Origin: an uncultured virus (IMG/VR IMGVR_UViG_3300048889_000033)
Lineage: Duplodnaviria; Heunggongvirae; Uroviricota; Caudoviricetes
IMG/VR virus record: IMGVR_UViG_3300048889_000033
DNA length: 64,000 nucleotides
Reading direction: 5' to 3' (one strand)
Shown here one piece after another: positions 56,019-64,000 of the stretch (position 1 is its first letter; every line of letters begins with the position of its first letter). The position numbers and the translations under genes were made by a program. The notes under the pieces were generated by a model. It saw only the letters and a program-made list of their open reading frames with translations, had not been told where the DNA came from and did not search any database.

Positions 56019-59000
56019 ATGAAAGGACTTATTATAACCATAGGATTTATTTTATGTTTGGCAACTTCATTCGCTCAAACACCTGTTAACAGAAGTTCGG
56101 CAGCAGTGACTGCCGTTGATGCGAGGTTAAAGACGAGTTTAAACTTTTATCTTCCCGTAGCAACTGACACAACCCTTAACGGAGGTTTGGATTCTCTTGG
56201 TGCCATGCTATTGGTGATAAAACCGGGGGATACGTCATTGTATCTTCGTATTCCTCGTCCCGGTGGTAATAAATGGGCAAAAATGTTAAGAAGTGGGGAT
56301 GCAGGCACAGGAGTGCTGACTTTTAATACCAGAAACGGAAATGTAACTTTGTTATTTGCAGATGTAGTTGCTGCTTTAGGGTATACGCCACCCAACCCAA
56401 ACGGAACAAATCTACAATACATAGCAGGAGATGGAAGTAAGGTCACTTTCCCTACTATTCCCGCCCAATTTAACCCGATAGCAGGATATGGTATATCTAT
56501 AACTGGAAGCTACCCTAACAAGACGTTTACGGCCGATACAGCGGTTTTATTCCCGGCAGTCCGGGCAACAATATCAGGCGGCGGCGGCCCCGGAATTTCG
56601 TCTTTAAATGGACTCACAGGGGCTACGCAAACATTTGCTAATGGAACTGCCGGTACGGATTTCAATATTTCTTCGGTCGGCACAACTCATACATTTAATG
56701 CCCCTATTGTAAGCGGCACGAATACAGGTAAAGTAACACCCTCTCTTTTTAATACATGGAATGCTAAATTGAGTAATATTACAGGTTTGATAACGGCAGG
56801 AACAAATGTAACCATCACGGGGTCGGGAACATCCGGTAGCCCATATGTTATAAATTCAAGTGGGAGTGGGGGGACAGACTCAGGCAGAAATGCAGGCTTT
56901 GGGTTATCTAAAAATATTTCAAGTACCACGGTTACATTTTCTTTGGATACCACATTGGGAGGTACATTAAACGGAATTCATAGCCGAAATTATAATGATT
57001 TAAGGTATTTACAAATAGGCGCAACAGCAGGAGGGGATTTGACAGGTACGTATCCAAATCCCACATTAGCCACGGTTATAAGTGCTGGAAGTTGTACCAA
57101 TTGTAATTTAACGTATGATGCTAAGGGAAGATTGTTGGTTGCAACAAATGGAAGTGGGGGTACCGGAGGCTTTAACAGCAATATAGGTTCAGGATACCGT
57201 TGGGCTGTTCCCAATTCAAATCAAATTAAAACAGTCTTCCCATCTTTCGGTCAATTAATTGATTCTACTTCCAATACAAACGCTTTGACGATAGGGCCGG
57301 ATACTACAAAGATGTCCACCATCAAAGCATTGAATGATACCACTGATAACTTTGTTTACTCTACCGGATTTCAAACGTCGGGTAATTCCGTTCCTTTCTT
57401 GGGCCATTCTTATACATTTGGAACGAATGCATCTAGCCCCGCTTTCCGATGGACTTCACTGGTAGCTGCTGGTATGGGAGCAACTGAAGTTAATTTAGGC
57501 GTTGCTGGTAAAACAATGATGTACCAAGACCCAAAGAACTATCAGGGGCCAGCCGCCATGACGCAAACCCTTACCGATATCCCCGTGAAGACTTTCGCCA
57601 TGAAAGCCCTTTTCTTTGATTTCGGATTAAATGATATGGGACAAACAGCACCCGCATATACAGTCGCCAATTTTAAGGCCGCTTACGATACGGTATTAAA
57701 CTATGCTATTAATACCCGTGGATGGTTTCCTTCGCAGATAGTTATAATGGGGGAAGAATGGATCGGAACAGCGGGGCTGAATTATTACGGAACGGTTACC
57801 GGCAATGCTGCTCCTACACAAGCAAGGGCGCAACAGTTTGTACAGGCTATCAAAGAAACAGCCAGAAAATGGGGCTGTAAATATGTAGACAACTACTATT
57901 CCATCCTGCAAAACGATACGACACTTATTAGTGGAACTGGCAGTGTGCACCCGAACGATAGCGGCTATGCATATATCGCTCGTCGTGCATTGCAAAAATT
58001 AGCCGTTTCAACCGCTACGGCATCAAACACAACCGATTCATCTACATTTGTTACCAACACTCATTTACAAACTTACGTTGCAGCACAAGCCATCGCAAAC
58101 AACCCCCAATTAGTTCAATTCACCGTAGGGGATAATGGCGAAAAGACACCAGCTAACGGCGTAACGACTTATCAGGATTCATTGCTAATAGGAGCTACAG
58201 GTATCACCGTCCATCAGCAGGGCATAGGAATGCCAGTAGGTCGCGCAAGGGGTGGTATATGGGCCAGCTTCAATGATACCACAGGTACGGTTACGCTGCA
58301 CAACGGGGCCTTTACCGATAGTTCCTATTTTGAAATGGTCGCCTATTTTACGACAAAGGCACCACAACGAACAAGTGATGATAGTAATTTCATAGCAGCG
58401 GTATTGGGGGCCGGCGGTTCGCTGACATCCTTGCAGGAGGGATATATTACGACCTTCTTTAACACGCTCAAATCAAACAACCTTTGGGATAAGATAATAG
58501 CAGGCCATATGCTGTTTCTGGGTTCAGCAGCCGCTACAAAATTCAATATAAAGAATCCTGCTAATACCGATGCCGCCTTTAGGTTGACATGGCATGGGAC
58601 AGGAACGTTTGCCTCAAATGGCTGGACATCCGATGGCTCTACGGGATACGCTGACATGCATTTTAACCCATCGCTGGATGCGACCCAAGACGGGTTAGGT
58701 TTTGGAGCCTACGTAAGAGGAGGGAGCACGGGTAGCACCGTTTATATGATGGGGAATTACGATGGAAGTTCTATAACCAATGATGTGGGGATAGATAACT
58801 CTTCAGGCATGTTCGGTGGTTGTAATTCCCCATTGGCTCAAATAAACTCAATAATACCGGCGGCTTCAACCAGATTAATTTATGTAAACAGAGTTAACAG
58901 TGGTAGCGTAAAATATTACAGGGACGGCACTCTTGTAGGTACAAGTTCGCAAACGTCAGCAACTCCCTTTAACGGGAACGTGTACTTAGGCTGTTTTAAT

Positions 59001-59141
59001 TTCAATGGTACTCCTAACTTTTTCTTTGGTAACCGGATAACCTTTAGCATTATAACCGATGGGTCCCTGAATGATACCGACGAAGCCAACCTGAATACGG
59101 CCATCAACACATTTTTAACATCTTGGGGTATCAATATATAA
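56019..59141 (+). CDS. Signal-peptide-bearing fibre/spike-like protein with SGNH hydrolase and LamG-like domains
   Basis: MKGLIITIGFILCLATSFA/Q; V.TFN.R.G.V.L, ALGYTP and GGDLTGTYPNPTL fibre motifs; FLGHS, NLGVAG, FGLND, VHPN; YRDG.LV..VYLG. Confidence 0.8.
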   Translation: MKGLIITIGFILCLATSFAQTPVNRSSAAVTAVDARLKTSLNFYLPVATDTTLNGGLDSLGAMLLVIKPGDTSLYLRIPRPGGNKWAKMLRSGDAGTGVLTFNTRNGNVTLLFADVVAALGYTPPNPNGTNLQYIAGDGSKVTFPTIPAQFNPIAGYGISITGSYPNKTFTADTAVLFPAVRATISGGGGPGISSLNGLTGATQTFANGTAGTDFNISSVGTTHTFNAPIVSGTNTGKVTPSLFNTWNAKLSNITGLITAGTNVTITGSGTSGSPYVINSSGSGGTDSGRNAGFGLSKNISSTTVTFSLDTTLGGTLNGIHSRNYNDLRYLQIGATAGGDLTGTYPNPTLATVISAGSCTNCNLTYDAKGRLLVATNGSGGTGGFNSNIGSGYRWAVPNSNQIKTVFPSFGQLIDSTSNTNALTIGPDTTKMSTIKALNDTTDNFVYSTGFQTSGNSVPFLGHSYTFGTNASSPAFRWTSLVAAGMGATEVNLGVAGKTMMYQDPKNYQGPAAMTQTLTDIPVKTFAMKALFFDFGLNDMGQTAPAYTVANFKAAYDTVLNYAINTRGWFPSQIVIMGEEWIGTAGLNYYGTVTGNAAPTQARAQQFVQAIKETARKWGCKYVDNYYSILQNDTTLISGTGSVHPNDSGYAYIARRALQKLAVSTATASNTTDSSTFVTNTHLQTYVAAQAIANNPQLVQFTVGDNGEKTPANGVTTYQDSLLIGATGITVHQQGIGMPVGRARGGIWASFNDTTGTVTLHNGAFTDSSYFEMVAYFTTKAPQRTSDDSNFIAAVLGAGGSLTSLQEGYITTFFNTLKSNNLWDKIIAGHMLFLGSAAATKFNIKNPANTDAAFRLTWHGTGTFASNGWTSDGSTGYADMHFNPSLDATQDGLGFGAYVRGGSTGSTVYMMGNYDGSSITNDVGIDNSSGMFGGCNSPLAQINSIIPAASTRLIYVNRVNSGSVKYYRDGTLVGTSSQTSATPFNGNVYLGCFNFNGTPNFFFGNRITFSIITDGSLNDTDEANLNTAINTFLTSWGINI

Positions 59142-59143
59142 AT

Positions 59144-60289
59144 ATGAAAAAACTACTAATATTCATACTGATTCTCGCAAGCGCGTATAGTTACGGGCAG
59201 CGGATTACCCCTATAGGTACAACGAAAGATACAGTTGAGGTGAAGAATGCTTTTACGGTTGATAGCTTGTTGACAGTAAAAAACCTTACTGTATTGGGAT
59301 TAGATACGACAAACTATAAAATAGGCGTTGTGGACGCTAATGGTAAATTCAGAAAAATGGTATGGCCGACTTTTGGCAGTAGCGGGAGTGATACCTTGAA
59401 ACTAGCATTCGCGGGAACGGGGGAGCGGCCTTTTTGGGGAACCAATGACACCCTTCACGGAAAGACTATTAAAGGACTTGGAAGCGTATCCATAACCAGT
59501 GGGGCCGATAGTACAATAAATGTGCAGTTAACAGGCTTTACTACTGGGCGGATTCCTTTTTCCTCATCGTCATCCGTGTTAACTGACAACGCCAATCTTA
59601 AATGGGATGCGACCGGCAGCACGTTGGTAATTGGCGGCAGTAGTGGTTCGTTTACTCAGAATATATATACTACCGGAAATTCAGTAAGCGGAAATTTCGG
59701 TAATTCAGGTGGGCAGAGAAATTTTCTAGGAGGAGGCACATTTACTGATAACACAACTGCTGCAAGTGGATCGAAGAGCTATTGGTTTGCAGACCAAATA
59801 TCCGGCCCAACATATGCTGCCACTAACTCGAGTGTTACTTACAATAACATATCTACCTTAACCGCTGTCGCCCCAACGGCTGGCACAAATATAACCGCTA
59901 CGCATAGATTTGCTATACGAACTTTTGATAATAGTGCAGGTTCCGGTAGCCTATTTGTGGATGGGGGTTCGTTTTTAGGAGGAGGTGTCTACCAAAAATT
60001 AATATCCATTACCAGCAACTATACAATCACCAGTTCGGACTATCAGATACTGGTAGATGCGACAGGTGGAAATATTACGCTCACCCTTCCGGCCGTTTCG
60101 AGTGTGTATGACGCAACGTTGGGAGTGGGGATTATATACTCTATAAAGAGAATAGATGCCAGCGGAAATACGGTAACCGTGCAGCGCGCGGGAAGTGATC
60201 TAATCGATAATGCGACTTCATTTACATTAACGTCCCTACAATCGAAGTCTTTGCAGGCCGCTAGCGGGGGAAATTGGTGGATTTATTAA
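59144..60289 (+). CDS. Signal-peptide-bearing fibre-like protein
   Basis: Start MKKLLIFILILASAYSYG/Q at 59144; C-terminal ITSNYTI..DY.ILVDATGGNITLTLP..IKRID...ID...L.......W module. Confidence 0.78.
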   Translation: MKKLLIFILILASAYSYGQRITPIGTTKDTVEVKNAFTVDSLLTVKNLTVLGLDTTNYKIGVVDANGKFRKMVWPTFGSSGSDTLKLAFAGTGERPFWGTNDTLHGKTIKGLGSVSITSGADSTINVQLTGFTTGRIPFSSSSSVLTDNANLKWDATGSTLVIGGSSGSFTQNIYTTGNSVSGNFGNSGGQRNFLGGGTFTDNTTAASGSKSYWFADQISGPTYAATNSSVTYNNISTLTAVAPTAGTNITATHRFAIRTFDNSAGSGSLFVDGGSFLGGGVYQKLISITSNYTITSSDYQILVDATGGNITLTLPAVSSVYDATLGVGIIYSIKRIDASGNTVTVQRAGSDLIDNATSFTLTSLQSKSLQAASGGNWWIY

Positions 60290-60299
60290 TTTTTTTAAC

Positions 60300-60935
60300 A
60301 TGTGTAATACTGTAGGCAGAAACAGAATGTGTCCAGAGTGTAACTTAAATTTAATAAAAAATTATTATTCAAAAAGATGTGGGGAATGCGACATAAAAAG
60401 AAAAAAATCATTGAAAGGAGATAAAAGCCCTTTATGGGATGGAGGAAGAATTTGTAAAAAATGTCAAAAATTAATGGAGAGACGCCCAAAGCATGGGATA
60501 TGTTGGGATTGCTATTCGGCTGATAACTATAAAGGAAGGCCTAAATGTTTAAGTTGTGGTAATCTAATGTCTCGATATAATTATACAGATTCTTATTGCC
60601 AAAAATGCTATAGGGGTGATCGAACTAAAAGATGGAATCCTAATTTAGAATCAGAAATAAGAGAAAATGGTAGAACGATAAATCCTAAATATTACGAATG
60701 GAGATTAAATGTGTTTAATAGAGATAGGTTTCAGTGTCAAAAATGTGGGGATAATAAAGGAGGTAATCTCGTAGCTCATCATATTTTTAATTTTCATAGT
60801 CATAAAGAATTAAGAACTGATATAAACAATGGAATAACCTTATGTGAAAAATGTCACATAGTTTTCCACAAAATATATGGTAACAAGAACAATAATAAAA
60901 AACAGATTAATGAGTTTCTTAATATATGTAATTAA
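60300..60935 (+). CDS. HNH endonuclease with multiple Zn ribbons
   Basis: Several CxxC pairs; WR..VF.RD.FQCQKCG, L.AHHI, NGITLCEKCH..FH; very AT-rich. Confidence 0.9.
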   Translation: MCNTVGRNRMCPECNLNLIKNYYSKRCGECDIKRKKSLKGDKSPLWDGGRICKKCQKLMERRPKHGICWDCYSADNYKGRPKCLSCGNLMSRYNYTDSYCQKCYRGDRTKRWNPNLESEIRENGRTINPKYYEWRLNVFNRDRFQCQKCGDNKGGNLVAHHIFNFHSHKELRTDINNGITLCEKCHIVFHKIYGNKNNNKKQINEFLNICN

Positions 60936-60944
60936 ACCTAAACC

Positions 60945-61301
60945 ATGAGAAAAGGACTAATCAGTGGATTGTTGGTTGTCGCTGCTATAGCGGTTGTTAT
61001 TATAGTTATTGCCAATAGCAGCCCAACAACTTATTCGCCAACATTCAGCGCCACGGCCACGCTGAACTTCCCTAGTACGGGAGCGAGCTCTTCGAGCGAT
61101 TTAACTATCACGGTTACCGGCGCGGCGGATGGAGACGCTGTTTTTATAGGGGTGCCTAACGGCTCTATAGTAGCTAATTCAATTTTCACCGCGTGGGTAT
61201 CAGCGTCCAATACTGTTAAAATAAGGTTTTCAAATCTGGATATTCTTAATGCAGGAGATCCCGCATCGGGGACTTTCCGGGCAGTCGTAATCAAACAATA
61301 A
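60945..61301 (+). CDS. Small beta-sandwich fibre/decoration-type protein with N-terminal membrane anchor or signal
   Basis: MRKGLISGLLVVAAIAVVIIVIA, then LNFPS..ITVTGA..GD.V..AWVSA.NTV.IR..DPASG. Confidence 0.65.
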   Translation: MRKGLISGLLVVAAIAVVIIVIANSSPTTYSPTFSATATLNFPSTGASSSSDLTITVTGAADGDAVFIGVPNGSIVANSIFTAWVSASNTVKIRFSNLDILNAGDPASGTFRAVVIKQ

Positions 61302-61312
61302 ACCTACATACT

Positions 61313-62074
61313 ATGGCATTGCATAATGATTTAAACGCAGAAGTAAAGAATGACCTTGTTAATTTTGCCTCTGCTATAAACGGGCAAGCGTACATATGCC
61401 TGGGCGATACGGCCGTTGGAGATTCCTATGTTCGGATATATTATTATGATTCGGCCTCCACGGCAACGGCAGACGGAGAGGCAGTTCTATCCGCGACCGG
61501 AATGGGTGGAACGGGTAGGTTTTTGCAACAGTATTCTAATTATAATACACTCATAAATTTGCCTTCTATCCCCGCCGCCATCCCTTCCGGTGCTATGCTT
61601 ATGTGGGGAACCGCTTCTGCACCCTCAGGATGGCTGCTATGTGATGGTACGGCTGTATCTCGCACGGGCAGTAATGCAACATTGTTTGGAGTCATAGGAA
61701 CTACTTTTGGAGCCGGAGATGGCTCTACAACTTTCAATCTTCCCGACTATCGTCAAAGGTTTCCATTAGGTAAAGCGGCCAGCGGTACTGGCAGCACATT
61801 GGCAGGGACAGGGGGTAGCATTGATCACTTACATTCAGTTGACCCCGCAAGCACTTCTACGAGCAGTGACGGTTCTCACAATCACGGAGGCGCAACAGGC
61901 ACGCCAAGTTCAACGGTGGCTGCTACCAACTTAACTGGATCGGCTGCGAGTACGAATCACACGCATAGCATTTCAACTGATGGTGCGCACACGCACACGG
62001 TGGATATAGCTGCTTTTAATAGTGGGACAGCCAACCCTCCATTTTTAGCAATTAACTATATCATCAAACAATAA
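61313..62074 (+). CDS. Tail fibre protein with tail-collar domain
   Basis: IPSGAMLMW..APSGWLLCDG.AVSR..LF.VIGTTFG.GDGSTTFNLPD, H.H repeats, PPFLAINYIIK. Confidence 0.92.
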   Translation: MALHNDLNAEVKNDLVNFASAINGQAYICLGDTAVGDSYVRIYYYDSASTATADGEAVLSATGMGGTGRFLQQYSNYNTLINLPSIPAAIPSGAMLMWGTASAPSGWLLCDGTAVSRTGSNATLFGVIGTTFGAGDGSTTFNLPDYRQRFPLGKAASGTGSTLAGTGGSIDHLHSVDPASTSTSSDGSHNHGGATGTPSSTVAATNLTGSAASTNHTHSISTDGAHTHTVDIAAFNSGTANPPFLAINYIIKQ

Positions 62075-62078
62075 AAAT

Positions 62079-62106
62079 TCGGGCGTCACACCCCTGTAAC
62101 GCCCGA
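62079..62106. terminator. GC-rich intergenic hairpin (U-tract on the minus strand)
   Basis: TCGGGCGT..ACGCCCGA preceded by AAAAAT. Confidence 0.5.
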
Positions 62107-62147
62107 CAAATATTGACCAATAGCGTTTCCACTATCAATGTAAATAT

Positions 62148-64000
62148 ATGCTAAAATCGTTATATTTTATACTGGTAGTCGCTTGTCTTGCGTCAACTTC
62201 TCAGGCTCAATCCTACTATGGCTTTGACTCTACTTCATTTAATGGGCAGCGGGCGATAGTTTTTATGCCCGCTGGAGCGGGGCCATTCGCATTAAGCCTT
62301 CAGTTTGGACCTGCTGCTGAAACGCTGGATCAAAGCACATGCGGAATGTGTACGCTCTACAATACTGGGACCCCAAAGCTCATTAAAGCCGGTGGTAACC
62401 CTTGCAATTTCGTAAAAGGAAACGGAGATTCAGCGCACGTCATTGTGATAAAAATTCAATTACCCGATTATAATGCAGGTAAATTCAGCGATGATATGGC
62501 GCTTTATTGGCCAGCAATCAAGACTTATCTTGGAGGGAAATTGGATTCAACAAAATACGCTGATGGTACTTATAAATACATTAGCATACAAGGCGAAGAA
62601 CACGGAGCCGATGTTATTTTCAATTCCGTTACGCAAAATACAGCCACTAATCATTGCTTCTTTAATGGCGATCCGGGATGGGTATTTAAGCATATAAAGA
62701 AACTATACGTAGCCCGCACAAATGACATTTGTCAGTACGGTAGCTATACAAATTCGGCAGCGTATGCCAATTCTGCTACTGAGAAAGTTTGGTATTACCG
62801 GGTAAATGGGGCTTCGACTAATGAGCCGGCGCTACAAACCGGGCTGAATACCTACAGCCCCGGCGTCGTGCAACGGCTCAGGAATTACGTTCTTTCAACT
62901 TCTCAACTGAGCGATACTTTTTACAGTGTTCAAAGCCCCTATTATACAGAAAATGTTTTCAGGGATTTGGTAGATGATACTTTTGCCCATCCGCCGCCGA
63001 ACTATATTGCAAAGGTGTATACCATCTTTTCTCTATCCACTTATGCCCAGCACGATCAACAACCACCTCAGAATTTCTTTGACGGTTATTTGGTAGCTGA
63101 TCCGAAGAATGGCGTTTTAACAGATACTACTTCCCCAGGTAATCCCCAACATAAATGGGATACGACTGCCGGCGCTCCGCAGAAGCCCAACTACAATTTT
63201 GCAGGGAATGTAAACGGCACGATATGGCCCGGTAACCGGCAGATAAGATTGATATTCGACCTTGGCGGCGTTCCTAACCTGAGAGATACAACAAAGAAAT
63301 TCAGCTTAACGGACATATACGGACTTAGTGGGGAGGAAGCGGGACATCCGATGTACTTCTATAATCTCGACTCCTTGTTTGGCATGACGCCAATTAATGC
63401 AGCATGGCACTTAGCACGACCGGATAGCTTAATGAAGCCTTTCGATACGCTTACTACAACCGGGTTCGGCGCAGGATGGACGAATATTGGAGCCCATGAT
63501 TCTATGCGCTACCTGATGGTAATGTTAACCACCTCGTCTTCCCATGCTTCCAATTTCAATGAATTGGTTTTTTACGGCCATTACGTAGGTGATACAACCG
63601 GACGTGCGGCCCAACTTGCGCCACCGACATACATGGGGCCATTGCCGTCCAAAAAGAGTGCAGCGTACACGGTCGGCAAACTTAACGGTACGAATCTATT
63701 TCAGGGACTTGGTGCGGCCAGTACGGCCCACGATGGGGATTTCCGACTTTACACCAGTAAATGGTATTACGATACAGCTAATGTCCGGAATGTACCAACC
63801 GGTTATAAATTCTGGGAAAGTGCGGATGTTAACGTAGCGTGGGCATTGGCTTTAAATGCTGCCGGCAAAACCGTTCACTATACTAACCAATCTTCCAATC
63901 AGTATGCGGCAGCACAAGGGTCGCAGGCCGATGTAGATAGCTCAGGCTTGGAGCCGGAAGTACCTACCAGTTATATGCGGGCTGCTGATTTTGCATTTTG
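62148..64000 (+). CDS. Signal-peptide-bearing multidomain protein (more than 617 aa, truncated), possibly carbohydrate-binding or carbohydrate-active
   Basis: Manual translation MLKSLYFILVVACLASTSQA/QSYYG..., open to the window end; discoidin-like IFDLG..LTDIY..RYL..FNELVFYG; absent from the ORF track. Confidence 0.8.
   Translation, partial: MLKSLYFILVVACLASTSQAQSYYGFDSTSFNGQRAIVFMPAGAGPFALSLQFGPAAETLDQSTCGMCTLYNTGTPKLIKAGGNPCNFVKGNGDSAHVIVIKIQLPDYNAGKFSDDMALYWPAIKTYLGGKLDSTKYADGTYKYISIQGEEHGADVIFNSVTQNTATNHCFFNGDPGWVFKHIKKLYVARTNDICQYGSYTNSAAYANSATEKVWYYRVNGASTNEPALQTGLNTYSPGVVQRLRNYVLSTSQLSDTFYSVQSPYYTENVFRDLVDDTFAHPPPNYIAKVYTIFSLSTYAQHDQQPPQNFFDGYLVADPKNGVLTDTTSPGNPQHKWDTTAGAPQKPNYNFAGNVNGTIWPGNRQIRLIFDLGGVPNLRDTTKKFSLTDIYGLSGEEAGHPMYFYNLDSLFGMTPINAAWHLARPDSLMKPFDTLTTTGFGAGWTNIGAHDSMRYLMVMLTTSSSHASNFNELVFYGHYVGDTTGRAAQLAPPTYMGPLPSKKSAAYTVGKLNGTNLFQGLGAASTAHDGDFRLYTSKWYYDTANVRNVPTGYKFWESADVNVAWALALNAAGKTVHYTNQSSNQYAAAQGSQADVDSSGLEPEVPTSYMRAADFAF

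Larger units (their letters stand above)
1..64000. mobile_element. Tailed bacteriophage (podovirus-like) genome segment, probable Bacteroidota host
   Basis: Terminase-portal-scaffold-capsid-tail-ejection gene order, phage primase-helicase, many small overlapping ORFs, no host housekeeping operons; Bacteroidota-type promoters and SD-less starts. Confidence 0.95.

Noticed and set aside
56019..62074. Diversity-generating retroelement acting on the fibres
   Set aside because: No reverse transcriptase and no near-identical TR/VR repeat pair noticed in the window
62473..63837. Short ORFs 62473-62697 and 63589-63837
   Set aside because: They are out-of-frame shadows inside the long ORF starting at 62148
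1..64000. tRNA/rRNA genes, integrase or att sites
   Set aside because: None recognised by eye; intergenic gaps are short, and tRNAscan-SE would be needed to exclude tRNAs formally

Overview
The whole window is a tailed dsDNA phage segment of roughly 40% GC (estimated by eye), with both ends cutting through ORFs. The host is very probably Bacteroidota: there are TTTG-N20/21-TAnnTT(A/T)G promoters, A-rich starts without Shine-Dalgarno sites, and a DUF4373-like initiator. Layout: (1) 1-4939, a minus-strand early/recombination block with a YqaJ-like exonuclease, P-loop kinase, coiled-coil protein, an HNH gene broken by one TAA, and a small regulator. (2) 5036-13313, plus-strand accessory and replication genes: TPM membrane protein, YopX, HNH, an initiator with an internal iteron origin, a T7-gp4/Twinkle-type primase-helicase, a DnaA-C-terminal HTH protein, and an Acb2/Tad1-like protein. 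(3) 13367-18935, a cluster of four glycosyltransferases and two methyltransferases interrupted by a homing endonuclease. (4) 20217-53136, a podovirus-type morphogenesis block: terminase, multi-domain GroES, portal, scaffold, capsid, ring/tail proteins, and three putative ejected proteins, the largest carrying a histidine-phosphatase domain. (5) 53830-64000, a PurD-like ATP-grasp gene and a fibre/receptor-binding region. The most striking signal is that several fibre-like proteins carry Sec-type signal peptides and are dense in the Bacteroidota O-glycosylation sequon D-(S/T)-(A/I/L/M/T/V), in a genome that encodes its own glycan-building enzymes. Non-coding signals include a repeated TTTACCCGGGTAAA palindrome before two structural operons, a parS-like site before the packaging genes, and two pseudoknot-type leaders before nuclease genes. 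All calls come from motif recognition and synteny by eye; no searches were run. No tRNA, rRNA, CRISPR array or integrase was seen.
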